A stretch of DNA of 64,000 bases from an uncultured Planctomycetia bacterium (lineage in GTDB: Bacteria; Omnitrophota; Gorgyraeia; Duberdicusellales; Duberdicusellaceae). The DNA lies in the NCBI GenBank assembly GCA_964634935.1, contig CAZWJT010000002.1:74643-138642 (forward strand), in the 5' to 3' direction. The translations under genes were made by a program, and so were the position numbers. The first letter of the stretch is position 1, and every line of letters begins with the position of its first letter. The notes under the pieces are model-generated. The model did not search any database, was not told the DNA's origin, and worked only from the letters and a program-made list of their open reading frames with translations. Positions 47,574 through 58,153 of this stretch are shown in pieces.

Positions 47574-48742
47574 AAAAAATCATTTTAGCGTATTCGGGCG
47601 GACTCGACACATCGTGTTGCATTCAATGGCTTAAGGATCATGGTTTTGATGTCATTTGCTTTTCCGCGAATCTTGGCAGTGAATTCGCTCCGAACGATTT
47701 GATTCGACGCGCACGAAAGACAGGCGCTTCAAAAGTGTATATTAAGGATTTACGTTCGGAATTTGCCCGAGATTATATTCTTCCTTCACTGAAAGCAAAC
47801 GCTTTGTACCAAGGGAGATATGTTTTGTCAACGAGTCTGGGCAGACCGCTTATTGCTCAGCATCTTGTTGCTATTGCCCACAAAGAGCGCGCGCTCTTTG
47901 TGGCTCACGGTTGTACTGGAAAAGGCAATGACCAGGTTCGCATTGATACTACGGTTAAGATACTTGATTCCCATCTTAAAATTATCGCACCCCTCAGGAC
48001 CTGGGAGTTAACTTCACGGCAGTCAGAAATTGAATATGCGCGAAAGCACAGGATTCCTATCGCAGCAACGAAGGAGAAAATTTACAGTATCGATAAGAAT
48101 ATCTGGGGAGTAAGTATTGAATCCGGTAATCTTGAGGATTTAACAAATGAACCCTCAGAAGAGGCCTATATCATGACTCAGAAAATGCAGAAAACTCCGG
48201 CTGCGCCAGAATATCTGGAGATTGTTTTCCGTAAAGGATTGCCTTGTGGGCTGAACGGAAAAACAATGGACCTTGTTGCCTTAATCGAACAGTTAAACCG
48301 CATTGGCGGTAGGCACGCTGTAGGGAGGACGGACTTGGTCGAAGATAGAACTGTTGGCATCAAATCACGAGAAGTATACGAGGCTCCCGGGGCATGGCTT
48401 TTGATTCGCGCTCATCAGGAACTCGAAAGCATGGTGCTCGATAGGGAAACTCTACAGTTTAAAGAGCAGGTTGGGGCTAAATATGCCCAGCTTGTTTACC
48501 AGGGCTTATGGTTTACAACCCTTCGACGTTCTCTCGATGCGTTTATCACATCAACACAGAAGCGTGTTACAGGAACAGTTGTTTTGAAGGTATTCAAAGG
48601 AACTATTTCTGTAGCCAAGAGAATTTCTCCTTTTTCTTTGTATAAGAAGAACCTTGCAACCTACGGGGAAAGGGATGCCTTTGACCGGTCTGATGCCGAA
48701 GGATTTATTAATATTTTTTCGCTTCCGTATAGAGGAGTGTGA
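47570..48742 (+). CDS. argG: Argininosuccinate synthase
   Basis: ILAYSGGLDTS PP-loop. Confidence 0.9.
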   Translation: MKKIILAYSGGLDTSCCIQWLKDHGFDVICFSANLGSEFAPNDLIRRARKTGASKVYIKDLRSEFARDYILPSLKANALYQGRYVLSTSLGRPLIAQHLVAIAHKERALFVAHGCTGKGNDQVRIDTTVKILDSHLKIIAPLRTWELTSRQSEIEYARKHRIPIAATKEKIYSIDKNIWGVSIESGNLEDLTNEPSEEAYIMTQKMQKTPAAPEYLEIVFRKGLPCGLNGKTMDLVALIEQLNRIGGRHAVGRTDLVEDRTVGIKSREVYEAPGAWLLIRAHQELESMVLDRETLQFKEQVGAKYAQLVYQGLWFTTLRRSLDAFITSTQKRVTGTVVLKVFKGTISVAKRISPFSLYKKNLATYGERDAFDRSDAEGFINIFSLPYRGV

Positions 48743-50103
48743 ATATGACAAAAAAACTTTGGGGGGGTAGATTTACGAAGCCGACTGATCCCTTATTTGA
48801 GGATTTTTCTCGTTCTCTCCGATATGACTACCGGCTTGGCCGTTATGATCTCATCGGTTCGCTTGTTCACGTAAGCATCTTAAGAGAAAGCGGATTTCTG
48901 AGTGTCAAGGAATCAAATAAATTGACCAGTGCGTTGCGTAAGCTTTACCGCAATTTTGATGGAGCAGCAGTCGCAGCTTTTCCGGACGAAGACATTCATA
49001 CCTACATTCAGAATGAATTATTGCGAAAAGTGGGGCCTGTGGCTTTGAAGCTGCATACTGCACGGTCGAGGAATGACCAGGTTGCATTTGCAACGAAATT
49101 GTTCTGTAAAATCGCAACGAAGCGAATCGCAAAATTAATCGAGCAATTGCTTGGGGCGATCAGGACGGCAGATCGTAAATGGGGTAATTTTTATTTTCCC
49201 GGGTTTACCCACTTGCAACACGCGCAACCGGTTCTTTTTCGGGACTTTTTGGGGGCGTATCGAAAGATGTTCCAGCGAGATTTATCGCGAGCTCGATTTA
49301 TAGCCGAGAATGTACTTCTTACTCTGGGCGCAGGGGCTGTTGCGGGGACGCCGATCCCAGCATCCTACTATAAAAAAAGAATCTCTGATTTCGTACGAGG
49401 GTTGCCAGGAGAAGAAGTTTTTTCGGGAATTACGATTTTACCGACGGATAATGCGATTGATAGTGTCAGTGACAGGGATTTTATCATTGATACTCTTGCT
49501 CTTTGCGCTTCAATCGGGATGCATATTTCACGCATCAGCGAGGAACTTATTCTTTGGACAACGCAAGAGTTTGATTTCATCGATCTTGACGAAAGGTTTT
49601 GTACCGGTAGCTCTTTGATGCCTCAAAAGAAAAATCCTGATGCTGCTGAGCTTTTGCGCGGATATACCGGGAGATTCTACGGCAATCTTATCAGTGTTTT
49701 AGTCATGCTCAAGGGCTTACCGTTTGCGTATAACCGGGATATGCAGTTGGATAAAGAGCCATTTTTTGACTCTTGCATGCTTATCGACGAAGAGTTACGC
49801 ATTTTAACGGGCATCTTCCATGGTTTTCATCTAAAAAAAGAGAACCTACAAGCCGTTCTTCAAGACGAGTCGTTTTACGCAACTGATTTAGCTTACTATT
49901 TAGTCCGTAAGGGCGTTGCGTTCACTGAGGCCCATACGATTGTTGGAAAACTCGTCCACTATTCGCTCCAGCATGCTCTTCCAATTGCTCAAATGACTAG
50001 TGAGCAGTTAAGGAAGTTCTCCGCGCATTTATATCCGGGTATTGTTAAAAAGTTGTTGAATCCAAGGTATTCCGTGCAGTCCAAGCGCTCAATAACTCGA
50101 TAA
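48739..50103 (+). CDS. argH: Argininosuccinate lyase
   Basis: WGGRF N-terminus and the GSSLMPQKKNPD fumarate-lyase signature. Confidence 0.9.
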   Translation: MNMTKKLWGGRFTKPTDPLFEDFSRSLRYDYRLGRYDLIGSLVHVSILRESGFLSVKESNKLTSALRKLYRNFDGAAVAAFPDEDIHTYIQNELLRKVGPVALKLHTARSRNDQVAFATKLFCKIATKRIAKLIEQLLGAIRTADRKWGNFYFPGFTHLQHAQPVLFRDFLGAYRKMFQRDLSRARFIAENVLLTLGAGAVAGTPIPASYYKKRISDFVRGLPGEEVFSGITILPTDNAIDSVSDRDFIIDTLALCASIGMHISRISEELILWTTQEFDFIDLDERFCTGSSLMPQKKNPDAAELLRGYTGRFYGNLISVLVMLKGLPFAYNRDMQLDKEPFFDSCMLIDEELRILTGIFHGFHLKKENLQAVLQDESFYATDLAYYLVRKGVAFTEAHTIVGKLVHYSLQHALPIAQMTSEQLRKFSAHLYPGIVKKLLNPRYSVQSKRSITR

Positions 50104-50110
50104 ACGAATC

Positions 50111-51370
50111 ATGCACCATTTTGCGTACAGGCAGAAGTATCTTTTTTGTGAAGATGTTGATATAGCGTATCTTGCGAAAAAATTCGGCACACCACTCTAT
50201 GTGTATAGCGCACAAACGGTACGCGAGCATTTTCGCAAGCTGAAGGATGCATTCTCGTCCTTAAAGCCATTGATTTGTTATTCGGTTAAAGCAAATTCAA
50301 ACTTATCGATTTTGCGCTTGTTAGTTGATCAAGGAGCCGGGCTTGATATTGTTTCTGGCGGAGAGCTGTTCCGGGCATTGACGGTTGGCTGTGCTCCAGA
50401 AAAAATAGTTTACGCTTCAGTCGGAAAAACACCAAAAGAGATTTATGATGCGATTAAAAACAGAATTTTATTTTTTAATATTGAATCAGAAGCAGAGCTG
50501 CGAGTGGTCAATCAAATTGCCGCACAACAGCGTGTGGTCGTATCGGTTGCTTTGCGTCTCAATCCAGATATTGAGCCAAAAACTCATAAATTTATTACGA
50601 CGGGAAAACTCACCAATAAATTCGGGATTGATTTGCTCACGGCAGAAAATCTTTTCCAGCGCAAACGAGAATTTCCAGCCATTGAGATGAAGGGTCTCCA
50701 TTTGCATATCGGCTCACAGATTACTGAAAGCGCTCCTTTTGTCGGAGCCTTAAAAAAAATTGTTTCCTTTATCGAGAGGCTTTCAAGTCGGGGTGTTGCT
50801 TTGGAGTATTTGAATATCGGTGGAGGCATGGGTATTGTCTATCATAGGGAAACTCCGCAGACTGCTGCACAATTCGCCAAGAAAATTATACCTATTTTGA
50901 AGGGAATTAATTTAAAACTTATTCTTGAGCCTGGCAGATTCATCGTTGGTTCCTCGGGTATTTTGGTGGTAAAAGTATTATACCGTAAACAAAATCCACT
51001 GAAAAAATTTATTATTGTTGACGGAGGAATGAATGATCTTATTCGGCCAGCTTTGTATGACGCCTATCACCAGGTTTTTCCTGTCGTTCAGAAAAAACCG
51101 TCTTCACGTTCAGAAGTGGTAGATATTGTTGGTCCGATTTGCGAAAGCGGGGATTTTTTTGCCAAGGCGAGAAAAGTTCCGTATTTTGAGGAAGGTGAAT
51201 ATTTGGCACTTTTTGGTGCTGGAGCTTACGGATTTTCTATGTCATCAAATTACAACTCGCGTCCTAAGCCAGCTGAAGTTCTTGTTCAAGGTAAAAAAAC
51301 ATATTTGATTTCTGACAGGCAGAGTTATAGTGATTTGATTGCAAACGAATACTGCATACCCATTAAATAA
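50111..51370 (+). CDS. lysA: Diaminopimelate decarboxylase
   Basis: YSVKAN PLP-lysine motif, with a GGG and CESGD C-terminus. Precedes dapF. Confidence 0.85.
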   Translation: MHHFAYRQKYLFCEDVDIAYLAKKFGTPLYVYSAQTVREHFRKLKDAFSSLKPLICYSVKANSNLSILRLLVDQGAGLDIVSGGELFRALTVGCAPEKIVYASVGKTPKEIYDAIKNRILFFNIESEAELRVVNQIAAQQRVVVSVALRLNPDIEPKTHKFITTGKLTNKFGIDLLTAENLFQRKREFPAIEMKGLHLHIGSQITESAPFVGALKKIVSFIERLSSRGVALEYLNIGGGMGIVYHRETPQTAAQFAKKIIPILKGINLKLILEPGRFIVGSSGILVVKVLYRKQNPLKKFIIVDGGMNDLIRPALYDAYHQVFPVVQKKPSSRSEVVDIVGPICESGDFFAKARKVPYFEEGEYLALFGAGAYGFSMSSNYNSRPKPAEVLVQGKKTYLISDRQSYSDLIANEYCIPIK

Positions 51371-51373
51371 CCC

Positions 51374-52210
51374 ATGATTTCATTTACGAAACTGCAAGCA
51401 TCCGGAAATGATTTTATTCTGATTGAACCGCAGCCTGGATTGCAAAGCACCTCTCAATTCAGTGCTTTTGCGCGCAGGGTGTGTATTTCGAAATTTGGTA
51501 TCGGGGCAGATGGAGTATTGGTTTTCTGTCGTACTTCGCAAAAATCCTTGCAGATGCGAATTTTTAACGCTGATGGTTCAGAAGCAGAGATGTGCGGGAA
51601 TGGCATTCGTTGTTTTGCGCTCTATGCGCAAATGCTTTTTCGGAAAAATCAATTCGAAATTATGACCAAATCCGGAAACGTCGGGGTTTGCCTTGTTCGA
51701 AAAGGATTAGGTTGTTCTCGAGTGCGGGTAAGGATGCCTCAACCATCACCGATTTCTTGGGATATTCCACTTAAGATTTCTGGCAGGACTATTCGGGTAC
51801 ATGAGATAAATACGGGGGTTCCCCACGCGGTAATTTTTGTTTCAAATATCGAGAAGATTGATGTGAATGGACTTGGTCGGAAAATCCGGCATCACCAGTA
51901 CTTTTTTCCGCGTGGGACAAACGTTGATTTTGTCGAGGTTTCTAGGAACAATCGAATTTTCGTTCGTACCTATGAACGGGGAGTTGAAGCGGAAACGTAT
52001 GCCTGCGGGACAGGCACTGTTGCTTCGGCCCTTGTTGCTGGACTGAGATTGGAGTTGCCATCGCCTGTTGCGATGAATGTTCAGACCAAGGGAGGAGAAG
52101 TACTTTCCGTTGATTTCCGTCACAGTGCTTTTCAAGAGATTTCTGAGCTTTGGTTTTCGGGAGATGCCTTTTGCGTATTTCAGGGGAAACTTGTTTCACA
52201 AATGAGCTAA
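51374..52210 (+). CDS. dapF: Diaminopimelate epimerase
   Basis: FTKLQASGNDFILI and MCGNGIRC, and a second YACGTGTVAS catalytic Cys. Confidence 0.85.
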   Translation: MISFTKLQASGNDFILIEPQPGLQSTSQFSAFARRVCISKFGIGADGVLVFCRTSQKSLQMRIFNADGSEAEMCGNGIRCFALYAQMLFRKNQFEIMTKSGNVGVCLVRKGLGCSRVRVRMPQPSPISWDIPLKISGRTIRVHEINTGVPHAVIFVSNIEKIDVNGLGRKIRHHQYFFPRGTNVDFVEVSRNNRIFVRTYERGVEAETYACGTGTVASALVAGLRLELPSPVAMNVQTKGGEVLSVDFRHSAFQEISELWFSGDAFCVFQGKLVSQMS

Positions 52211-52226
52211 TTCCAGAAAATAGAGT

Positions 52227-52931
52227 ATGTTTGACTATTTTTTCTCATTTACCACACAAACGATTCAGCAAAAATCATTTCTGAGTATTCCCTTAGCTTT
52301 CTTAAGTGGCATTCTCGTCAGTTTTACTCCATGCTTCTTCCCGATAATTCCCATCCTTCTCGGGATAATCGGAGTAACCGATCCAGACGTTTCGCCATCG
52401 AAACGGCGTTTGCTCATCCTGTGTTATATTGGTGGTTTTGCCACGGTTTTTACTCTTTTAGGTGTAATTTTTAGCTGGCTTGGCGTTCTTTTTGGATCAA
52501 TCGCTCGCCTTGCGATTACCAAGATCATTATCGGGAACCTTCTGCTTATTTTTGGCTTTTCCCTTCTGGGTATTATCCGTATTCCTTTTTTTGGCCATGG
52601 AATCAAGGCCCCCAATGGTAAAGGTTTTCGTTCTGCTTATTGGGTTGGTATCCTTACTGGGCTATCAACCGGCGGATGTCTTTTTCCGGTACTGGGTGGG
52701 ATACTTTCCGTTGTTGCCATAAGTCGTGATCTCGTTTTCGGCACGATTCTTCTGGCTAGTTTTTCTGCGGGAGTAGGTGTTTTGTTTTTTTTCGCTGGGG
52801 TCTTGGGTGTTGAAGTTATTTCGCGTTTGAAAAAATACGCTTTTGGTGCTATAGTAAATAGGATACTTGGGTTTTTGCTCATTGGCGTTGCAGAGGTATT
52901 TTTTATTGATGCAGGGAGGGTATGGTTATGA
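52227..52931 (+). CDS. ccdA: CcdA/DsbD-type thiol-disulfide transporter membrane protein
   Basis: FTPCFFPIIPILLG (CxxP-type TM Cys) and a second GGCLFPV motif. Six TM segments. Confidence 0.7.
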   Translation: MFDYFFSFTTQTIQQKSFLSIPLAFLSGILVSFTPCFFPIIPILLGIIGVTDPDVSPSKRRLLILCYIGGFATVFTLLGVIFSWLGVLFGSIARLAITKIIIGNLLLIFGFSLLGIIRIPFFGHGIKAPNGKGFRSAYWVGILTGLSTGGCLFPVLGGILSVVAISRDLVFGTILLASFSAGVGVLFFFAGVLGVEVISRLKKYAFGAIVNRILGFLLIGVAEVFFIDAGRVWL

Positions 52932-53392
52932 AAAGAGCATGGATTTTTCTCTTAAGTCTTGGAATATTTGTTGTGGGTCTGGCGAATATCCTCCTGGCTG
53001 AAGATTTCCAACTTTTTGATGGAGGTACTATTACGGAACAGGAGTTGCTCCAGACAGAAAAAACAGTTTTGTTTTTTTGGGCTAGCTGGTGTCCTCATTG
53101 TCGTACCGAGATTGAGCGCCTTACGAAAACCATGGATCTTTTTCAAAAGAATAATGTCAAGCTCTACTGCGTTAATACCGGAGAACGGCGCGGAGTGATT
53201 GAATCGATGAAAAAGAAATATAATTTTACTTGTCCAATCGTAGTTGATACCGGATCGCTCTCTTCAAAATATCAAGTGTATGGTATACCAACATATGTTA
53301 TCCTTCATAATCAAAAGCGCCTGGCAACGACACATGCCGCTGATCTTGATTACATTACCCAGGTTTATGCGGATGAAACCGATGATGACTAG
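52928..53392 (+). CDS. Thioredoxin-fold thiol:disulfide oxidoreductase (TlpA/ResA-like), membrane-anchored
   Basis: WASWCPHC active site with an N-terminal TM. Overlaps ccdA. Confidence 0.75.
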   Translation: MKRAWIFLLSLGIFVVGLANILLAEDFQLFDGGTITEQELLQTEKTVLFFWASWCPHCRTEIERLTKTMDLFQKNNVKLYCVNTGERRGVIESMKKKYNFTCPIVVDTGSLSSKYQVYGIPTYVILHNQKRLATTHAADLDYITQVYADETDDD

Positions 53393-53452
53393 GTGTATTT
53401 TGAGCACCTGAGTTTTTTGGTAAATCTCAAAATTTTTCCAAGGAGCAATTGA

Positions 53453-55462
53453 ATGATTACTGGCGGTTATAATGCTGGATTCCGTTTTGCAACCGGCTTA
53501 TGGGTTGATTTTTATGAGTTAACCATGGCGGCGGTTTCCTTGCGGTATCGGCGTAACTGCAAGGCAACTTTTGAACTTTTTATGCGCTCCGGAAACCGTC
53601 CGTTCTATCTTTTAAGTGGTATACAAGACGCTTTATTCTATGTAAAGAACTTAAAATTCACCGATGATGATATCGCGTACCTGCAGACTTTGAAAACATT
53701 CGATGAAGAATTTTTGCGCTACCTGCGAAATTTTAAGTTTTCAGGTGATATTTGGGCATGCGAAGAAGGATCTGTGGTATTTGCTCATGAACCTTTGATC
53801 CGTGTCCGCGCGAATCTTATTGAGGCTCAAATCTTGGAAAGCGCATTCTTAAATATTATTAATCTTCAGACTACCCTTGCAACGAAAGCAGCGCGGATTG
53901 TGCTTGCTGCCCAGGCGCGCCGCGTATACGATTTTTCCTTGCGCCGCACCCAAGGGTTTTCTGCTTCGCTGGCGGCGGCAAAATGTTCATTTTTGGCTGG
54001 CGCTCAAGGAACCGCAAACGTTTTGGCTGGACGCTTCTATGGCATCCCGGTAGTTGGTACCATGGCTCACTCATTTGTCATGAGTTTTTCTCGCGAGATT
54101 GAAGCGTTTAAGTATTTTGCCGATTCATTTCCCGAGAAAACGACTTTGCTGATTGACACCTATAACCGTGACAGCGGTTTACGCAATGCAATACGGGTTG
54201 CCCGATATTTAAAAAATAAGAAACATAAGCGGTTATTAGGAGTACGCATCGACAGCGGAGATTTACTTGAGTACAGTCATTATGTGCGGAATACTCTCGA
54301 TTATGAAGGCCTTGTGGATACCGCTATTGTCGCGTCCGGTAATCTCGATGAACACTCAATAAAGAGTCTTGTCGACAAAGGGGCGCCAATTGATGCTTTT
54401 GGGGTCGGCACTCATATGGGAACTTCTTCTGACCAGCCATTTTGTGATGTTGTCTATAAAATCTGTGAAGTTGCCCATCGGAAATCCGAATTCATTCCGG
54501 TTATGAAGCTGAGTTCGCTCAAGGAGAATCTTCCTTTCGCAAAGCAGATTCACAGGACGTTTTCGAGCAATGGAATAATCCAAGAGGATATCGTTTCTCT
54601 CGACCAGGGTTCTCCGAGAAGAAATTGTCTACTTAAAAAAGTCATGGAAAATGGGGAAGTACTCGCTTTGCCGAAAGATCTGGTAACTCTTCAATCGTTT
54701 GCCCGAAAAAATTTGCAAATGCTTCCCGAAGAGCTAAAGGCGCTTTCGGCAAAAACATTTTCTTGTGTGCGCTACGACCCGGCATTTGAGAAAAAGGTAA
54801 GCCATGTAAAGGCGCAAGCTCTGCAGCGTTCTCATGCTGAAGGTGTATTGTTTTTTGATGTCGATACGCAGACAGATTTTTTGCATCCTAAGGGCAATCT
54901 TTATATTCCTCACGCAGAATCAATCATAAAAAACCTCGTAAAACTTACCGAGCATGCGCGTATCCATGGTATTCCGGTTTTTTCTTCATTGGATACGCAC
55001 TCGAAAAATGATCCGGAGTTTAACCAGTTTGCTCCCCACTGCGTTGAAGGAACTCGGGGGCAGGCAAAGCTGAAAGAAACTCTTTTGAAATCACACATAG
55101 TGGTTTCCGGAAAAGAAAATTATTCATTTGAGCAGATTCTGGAAATAAAAGAGCTCTATCAGCAAATTATTTTTCTTAAAAATACTATCGATGTTTTTTC
55201 TAACAACGCTTTGACCGCTTTTCTTGATATTTATTTTCCGAAATCCGTGTATATCTATGGGGTTGCTACCGAGCATTGCGTAAAAGCAGCAGCAATCGGT
55301 CTTGCAAAAAATGTGGATGAGGTTTTTGTTCTGACGGATGCGATTCAGGAGATTTCTCCAGCCGCCCGGGAAAAAACATTCGCCGCGTTTAAAAAGAATA
55401 ATATCTCTTGTGTTGATACCGCACAAGTCCTGCATGCTCTCGGCGTTGAATCCAAGAAATAA
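53453..55462 (+). CDS. Nicotinate phosphoribosyltransferase fused to C-terminal isochorismatase-family nicotinamidase domain
   Basis: N-terminal VDFYELTMAA NAPRTase signature (about 450 aa). C-terminal about 200 aa VLFFDVDTQTDFL...SLDTHSKND...HCVEGTRG...HCVKAA matches the PncA-type Asp/Lys/Cys hydrolase pattern. Confidence 0.65.
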   Translation: MITGGYNAGFRFATGLWVDFYELTMAAVSLRYRRNCKATFELFMRSGNRPFYLLSGIQDALFYVKNLKFTDDDIAYLQTLKTFDEEFLRYLRNFKFSGDIWACEEGSVVFAHEPLIRVRANLIEAQILESAFLNIINLQTTLATKAARIVLAAQARRVYDFSLRRTQGFSASLAAAKCSFLAGAQGTANVLAGRFYGIPVVGTMAHSFVMSFSREIEAFKYFADSFPEKTTLLIDTYNRDSGLRNAIRVARYLKNKKHKRLLGVRIDSGDLLEYSHYVRNTLDYEGLVDTAIVASGNLDEHSIKSLVDKGAPIDAFGVGTHMGTSSDQPFCDVVYKICEVAHRKSEFIPVMKLSSLKENLPFAKQIHRTFSSNGIIQEDIVSLDQGSPRRNCLLKKVMENGEVLALPKDLVTLQSFARKNLQMLPEELKALSAKTFSCVRYDPAFEKKVSHVKAQALQRSHAEGVLFFDVDTQTDFLHPKGNLYIPHAESIIKNLVKLTEHARIHGIPVFSSLDTHSKNDPEFNQFAPHCVEGTRGQAKLKETLLKSHIVVSGKENYSFEQILEIKELYQQIIFLKNTIDVFSNNALTAFLDIYFPKSVYIYGVATEHCVKAAAIGLAKNVDEVFVLTDAIQEISPAAREKTFAAFKKNNISCVDTAQVLHALGVESKK

Positions 55463-55491
55463 CCACCATCAACAAACAAACTGAAGGCGTT

Positions 55492-56940
55492 ATGGAAGAA
55501 CGAATTCAAAAGCTTGAATCTTTGAATATGAATGGCGCAGTCTATGGTCAGACCTCATTCCCAAAAGATCAGTCTATCTTTCTGTTGAAGTCCGCCTTTG
55601 AAGAGAAGAAGAAGGTCGCGACCGCTGGGCGCGTGATCACCCGCCGCGAACACGGAAAAAGCATGTTTCTCGATCTTGCCGATGCGACCGATAAGCTGCA
55701 GGTTTATCTGCGCAAAGATATCCTGGGGGATGAAAGTTTTGAACGCTTCAAGACCCAAGTTGATATTGGAGATATTCTCGGGATCGAGGGGGAATTTTTT
55801 AAAACTCACACAGGAGAGATTACGCTTCTGGTTTCTTCCTATTCCATCCTTGCGAAGGCATTACGGATTCTTCCTGAAAAATGGCATGGCCTTAAGGATG
55901 TCGAATTGCGCTTTCGAAAGCGTTATGTCGATTTGATTGCAAATCGGCACAACGCTGAACTTTTTTTACGGCGCAGCAAAATTATCAGAAAAATCCGTTT
56001 ATTCCTCGATGAGGCAGGATTTGTCGAAGTTGAAACCCCCATTCTTCATTCTATCCCAGGCGGAGCAGCCGGACGTCCTTTCATTACGCACCATAACGCT
56101 TTGAATATGGATATCTATCTTCGCATTGCTCCTGAGTTGTATCTCAAAAGAATTCTTGTTGGCGGCTTTGACAAGATCTACGAATTGAACCGATCCTTCC
56201 GAAACGAAGGTCTCTCGGTAAAGCATAACCCAGAATTCACCATGCTTGAGGTTTATGCTTCGTACCAGGATGTCCGATATATGATGCGGTTGACAGAACA
56301 TTTAATCCGCACGCTCGTCCAGGATATTTCTGGTTCGCAGACCTTATCTATTCAGGGAGAAAATGTTGATTTTTCGAGCCCATTTGATATTCTTTCGCTC
56401 GCAGAAACGCTACGACGAGATTTTGGAATTGAATACGCTGACACTCGAGAAATTTTTATCAGCAAGATTTCCCGTGCTTTAGGTCTGCACCTCGGACATT
56501 CTCGTTCCCAGATGGTTCATTTGATTGAAGACTTGCTTGAAAAGAAATACTACGGCAATCGTCCAATTTTTGTCACTGACTTCTACACGTGGATGTCTCC
56601 TTTAGCAAAGGCGAAAAAAGATAATCCATATGTCGTTGAGCGCTTTGAGCTTTTTATTGGTGGTATGGAAGTAGCAAATGCATATTCTGAGCTGAATAAC
56701 CCGATTGAACAACGGAGGCGTTTTGAGTCTCAGCTTGAATCCGAAGAGGAGCTCCCCAAGAAAATCGACGACGATTTTTTGGAGGCTCTTGAATATGGGA
56801 TGCCGCCTGCGGCAGGTTTAGGAATCGGCATCGACCGCCTGATTATGATTTTACTCGGAAAGACATCAATCAAAGAAGTGCTATTCTTTCCGCTCTTAAA
56901 ACCCGAACAGGGCGAGACATTAGATGATACATCAGCGTAA
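55492..56940 (+). CDS. lysS: Lysine--tRNA ligase, class II
   Basis: N-terminal OB anticodon domain and class II motifs (FRNEG, GGAAGRPF). Confidence 0.9.
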   Translation: MEERIQKLESLNMNGAVYGQTSFPKDQSIFLLKSAFEEKKKVATAGRVITRREHGKSMFLDLADATDKLQVYLRKDILGDESFERFKTQVDIGDILGIEGEFFKTHTGEITLLVSSYSILAKALRILPEKWHGLKDVELRFRKRYVDLIANRHNAELFLRRSKIIRKIRLFLDEAGFVEVETPILHSIPGGAAGRPFITHHNALNMDIYLRIAPELYLKRILVGGFDKIYELNRSFRNEGLSVKHNPEFTMLEVYASYQDVRYMMRLTEHLIRTLVQDISGSQTLSIQGENVDFSSPFDILSLAETLRRDFGIEYADTREIFISKISRALGLHLGHSRSQMVHLIEDLLEKKYYGNRPIFVTDFYTWMSPLAKAKKDNPYVVERFELFIGGMEVANAYSELNNPIEQRRRFESQLESEEELPKKIDDDFLEALEYGMPPAAGLGIGIDRLIMILLGKTSIKEVLFFPLLKPEQGETLDDTSA

Positions 56941-56971
56941 CCTTCTTCAGGGTGCACGAAAATCTTAACGC

Positions 56972-58153
56972 ATGAAGACAGAAATCTGGCTTGCCTATAA
57001 GTATCTTACTGCCCGGAGAAAAACGCAACTTTCCTTTACTGCGCTTGTTTCCATTTTAGGGGTTGTCGTTGGGGTAGGCAGTCTTGTCATTGTTCTTGGT
57101 GTCATGAGTGGTTTTGACCGGGAACTTAGAGAAAAACTTTTAAGCGTTAATTATCATATCGAGGGATTAGTAAATTCAAAAACAGAGAGAACGGAGATTC
57201 TTTCTGGTCTACAGAAGTTTGATTCCGGAATTACAGAGGCCGAGTTTTTTTCTCGAGCAGAGGCCGTTGTCAAGCGGGAAGATCTTACGCTTGCGGTTGT
57301 TGTCCAGGGCCTGGGCGTACAACCCGACACACTGAATCGCTATAAGAAATATTTCGTTGGAGTTCAATCAGATCATCCGGGCATCCTCATCGGCGCAGAG
57401 CTTGCCCGCCGACTTTTTATCCATCCAGAGGATGTGATTACTCTTTATATTATCGATATGAAAAATAAGATACGTGAGTACCAGTTTCGAGTAAAGGGGA
57501 TTTTCCGCATTGGCATTTATGATGTCGATGGTTTTTTTGTGCTTATGCCATTTTCTATCGCTGGTGATTTTTTTGAGCAAGCCCGTGCGCCTTTGGGGGT
57601 GGGGATAAAAATGAAGGATATTTTCCAAGCGGATCAGCTCAAGAGCAAGCTTGTGAATTCTGATTTTTTTCATATTTCATCTCTGAGGACTTGGGCAGAA
57701 AAGAACAAGACTCTCTTTGCCGCATTAAAGCTGGAAAAAATTACGATGTTTGTTATTTTAAGTTTAATTATTCTTGTTGCCGCTTTTAATATTTTTTCAA
57801 CGCTTACTGTACAAGTTGTTGAGAAAACAAAGGATATTGGAATTTTGAAGGCTCTCGGTATTGATGCGGCCGGGATTGCTGCCATATTTTGTCTGCAAGG
57901 CATGATTCTTGGCGGAATCGGTATTTTTTTCGGCATTAGTGCAGGTCTAGGAATTCTGCTTGCGTTACAACAGTATCGGTTCATTCGTCTTCCTGCTGAA
58001 GTCTATTCACTGGAATATCTGCCGGCGGCAATTAACCTTGGAGATATTTTCGGCATAGCCTTTTCCGCGGCGGTACTCTGTTTTGTCTTTAGCCTCATTC
58101 CGGCGCTTCGTGCGGCAAATATCGTAGAAGCTGAGGCGTTGCGTTATGAATAG
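56972..58153 (+). CDS. LolC/LolE-family (FtsX-like) ABC transporter permease
   Basis: N-terminal TM, periplasmic MacB-like domain and C-terminal FtsX 4-TM domain. Followed by an overlapping ATPase gene. Confidence 0.7.
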   Translation: MKTEIWLAYKYLTARRKTQLSFTALVSILGVVVGVGSLVIVLGVMSGFDRELREKLLSVNYHIEGLVNSKTERTEILSGLQKFDSGITEAEFFSRAEAVVKREDLTLAVVVQGLGVQPDTLNRYKKYFVGVQSDHPGILIGAELARRLFIHPEDVITLYIIDMKNKIREYQFRVKGIFRIGIYDVDGFFVLMPFSIAGDFFEQARAPLGVGIKMKDIFQADQLKSKLVNSDFFHISSLRTWAEKNKTLFAALKLEKITMFVILSLIILVAAFNIFSTLTVQVVEKTKDIGILKALGIDAAGIAAIFCLQGMILGGIGIFFGISAGLGILLALQQYRFIRLPAEVYSLEYLPAAINLGDIFGIAFSAAVLCFVFSLIPALRAANIVEAEALRYE

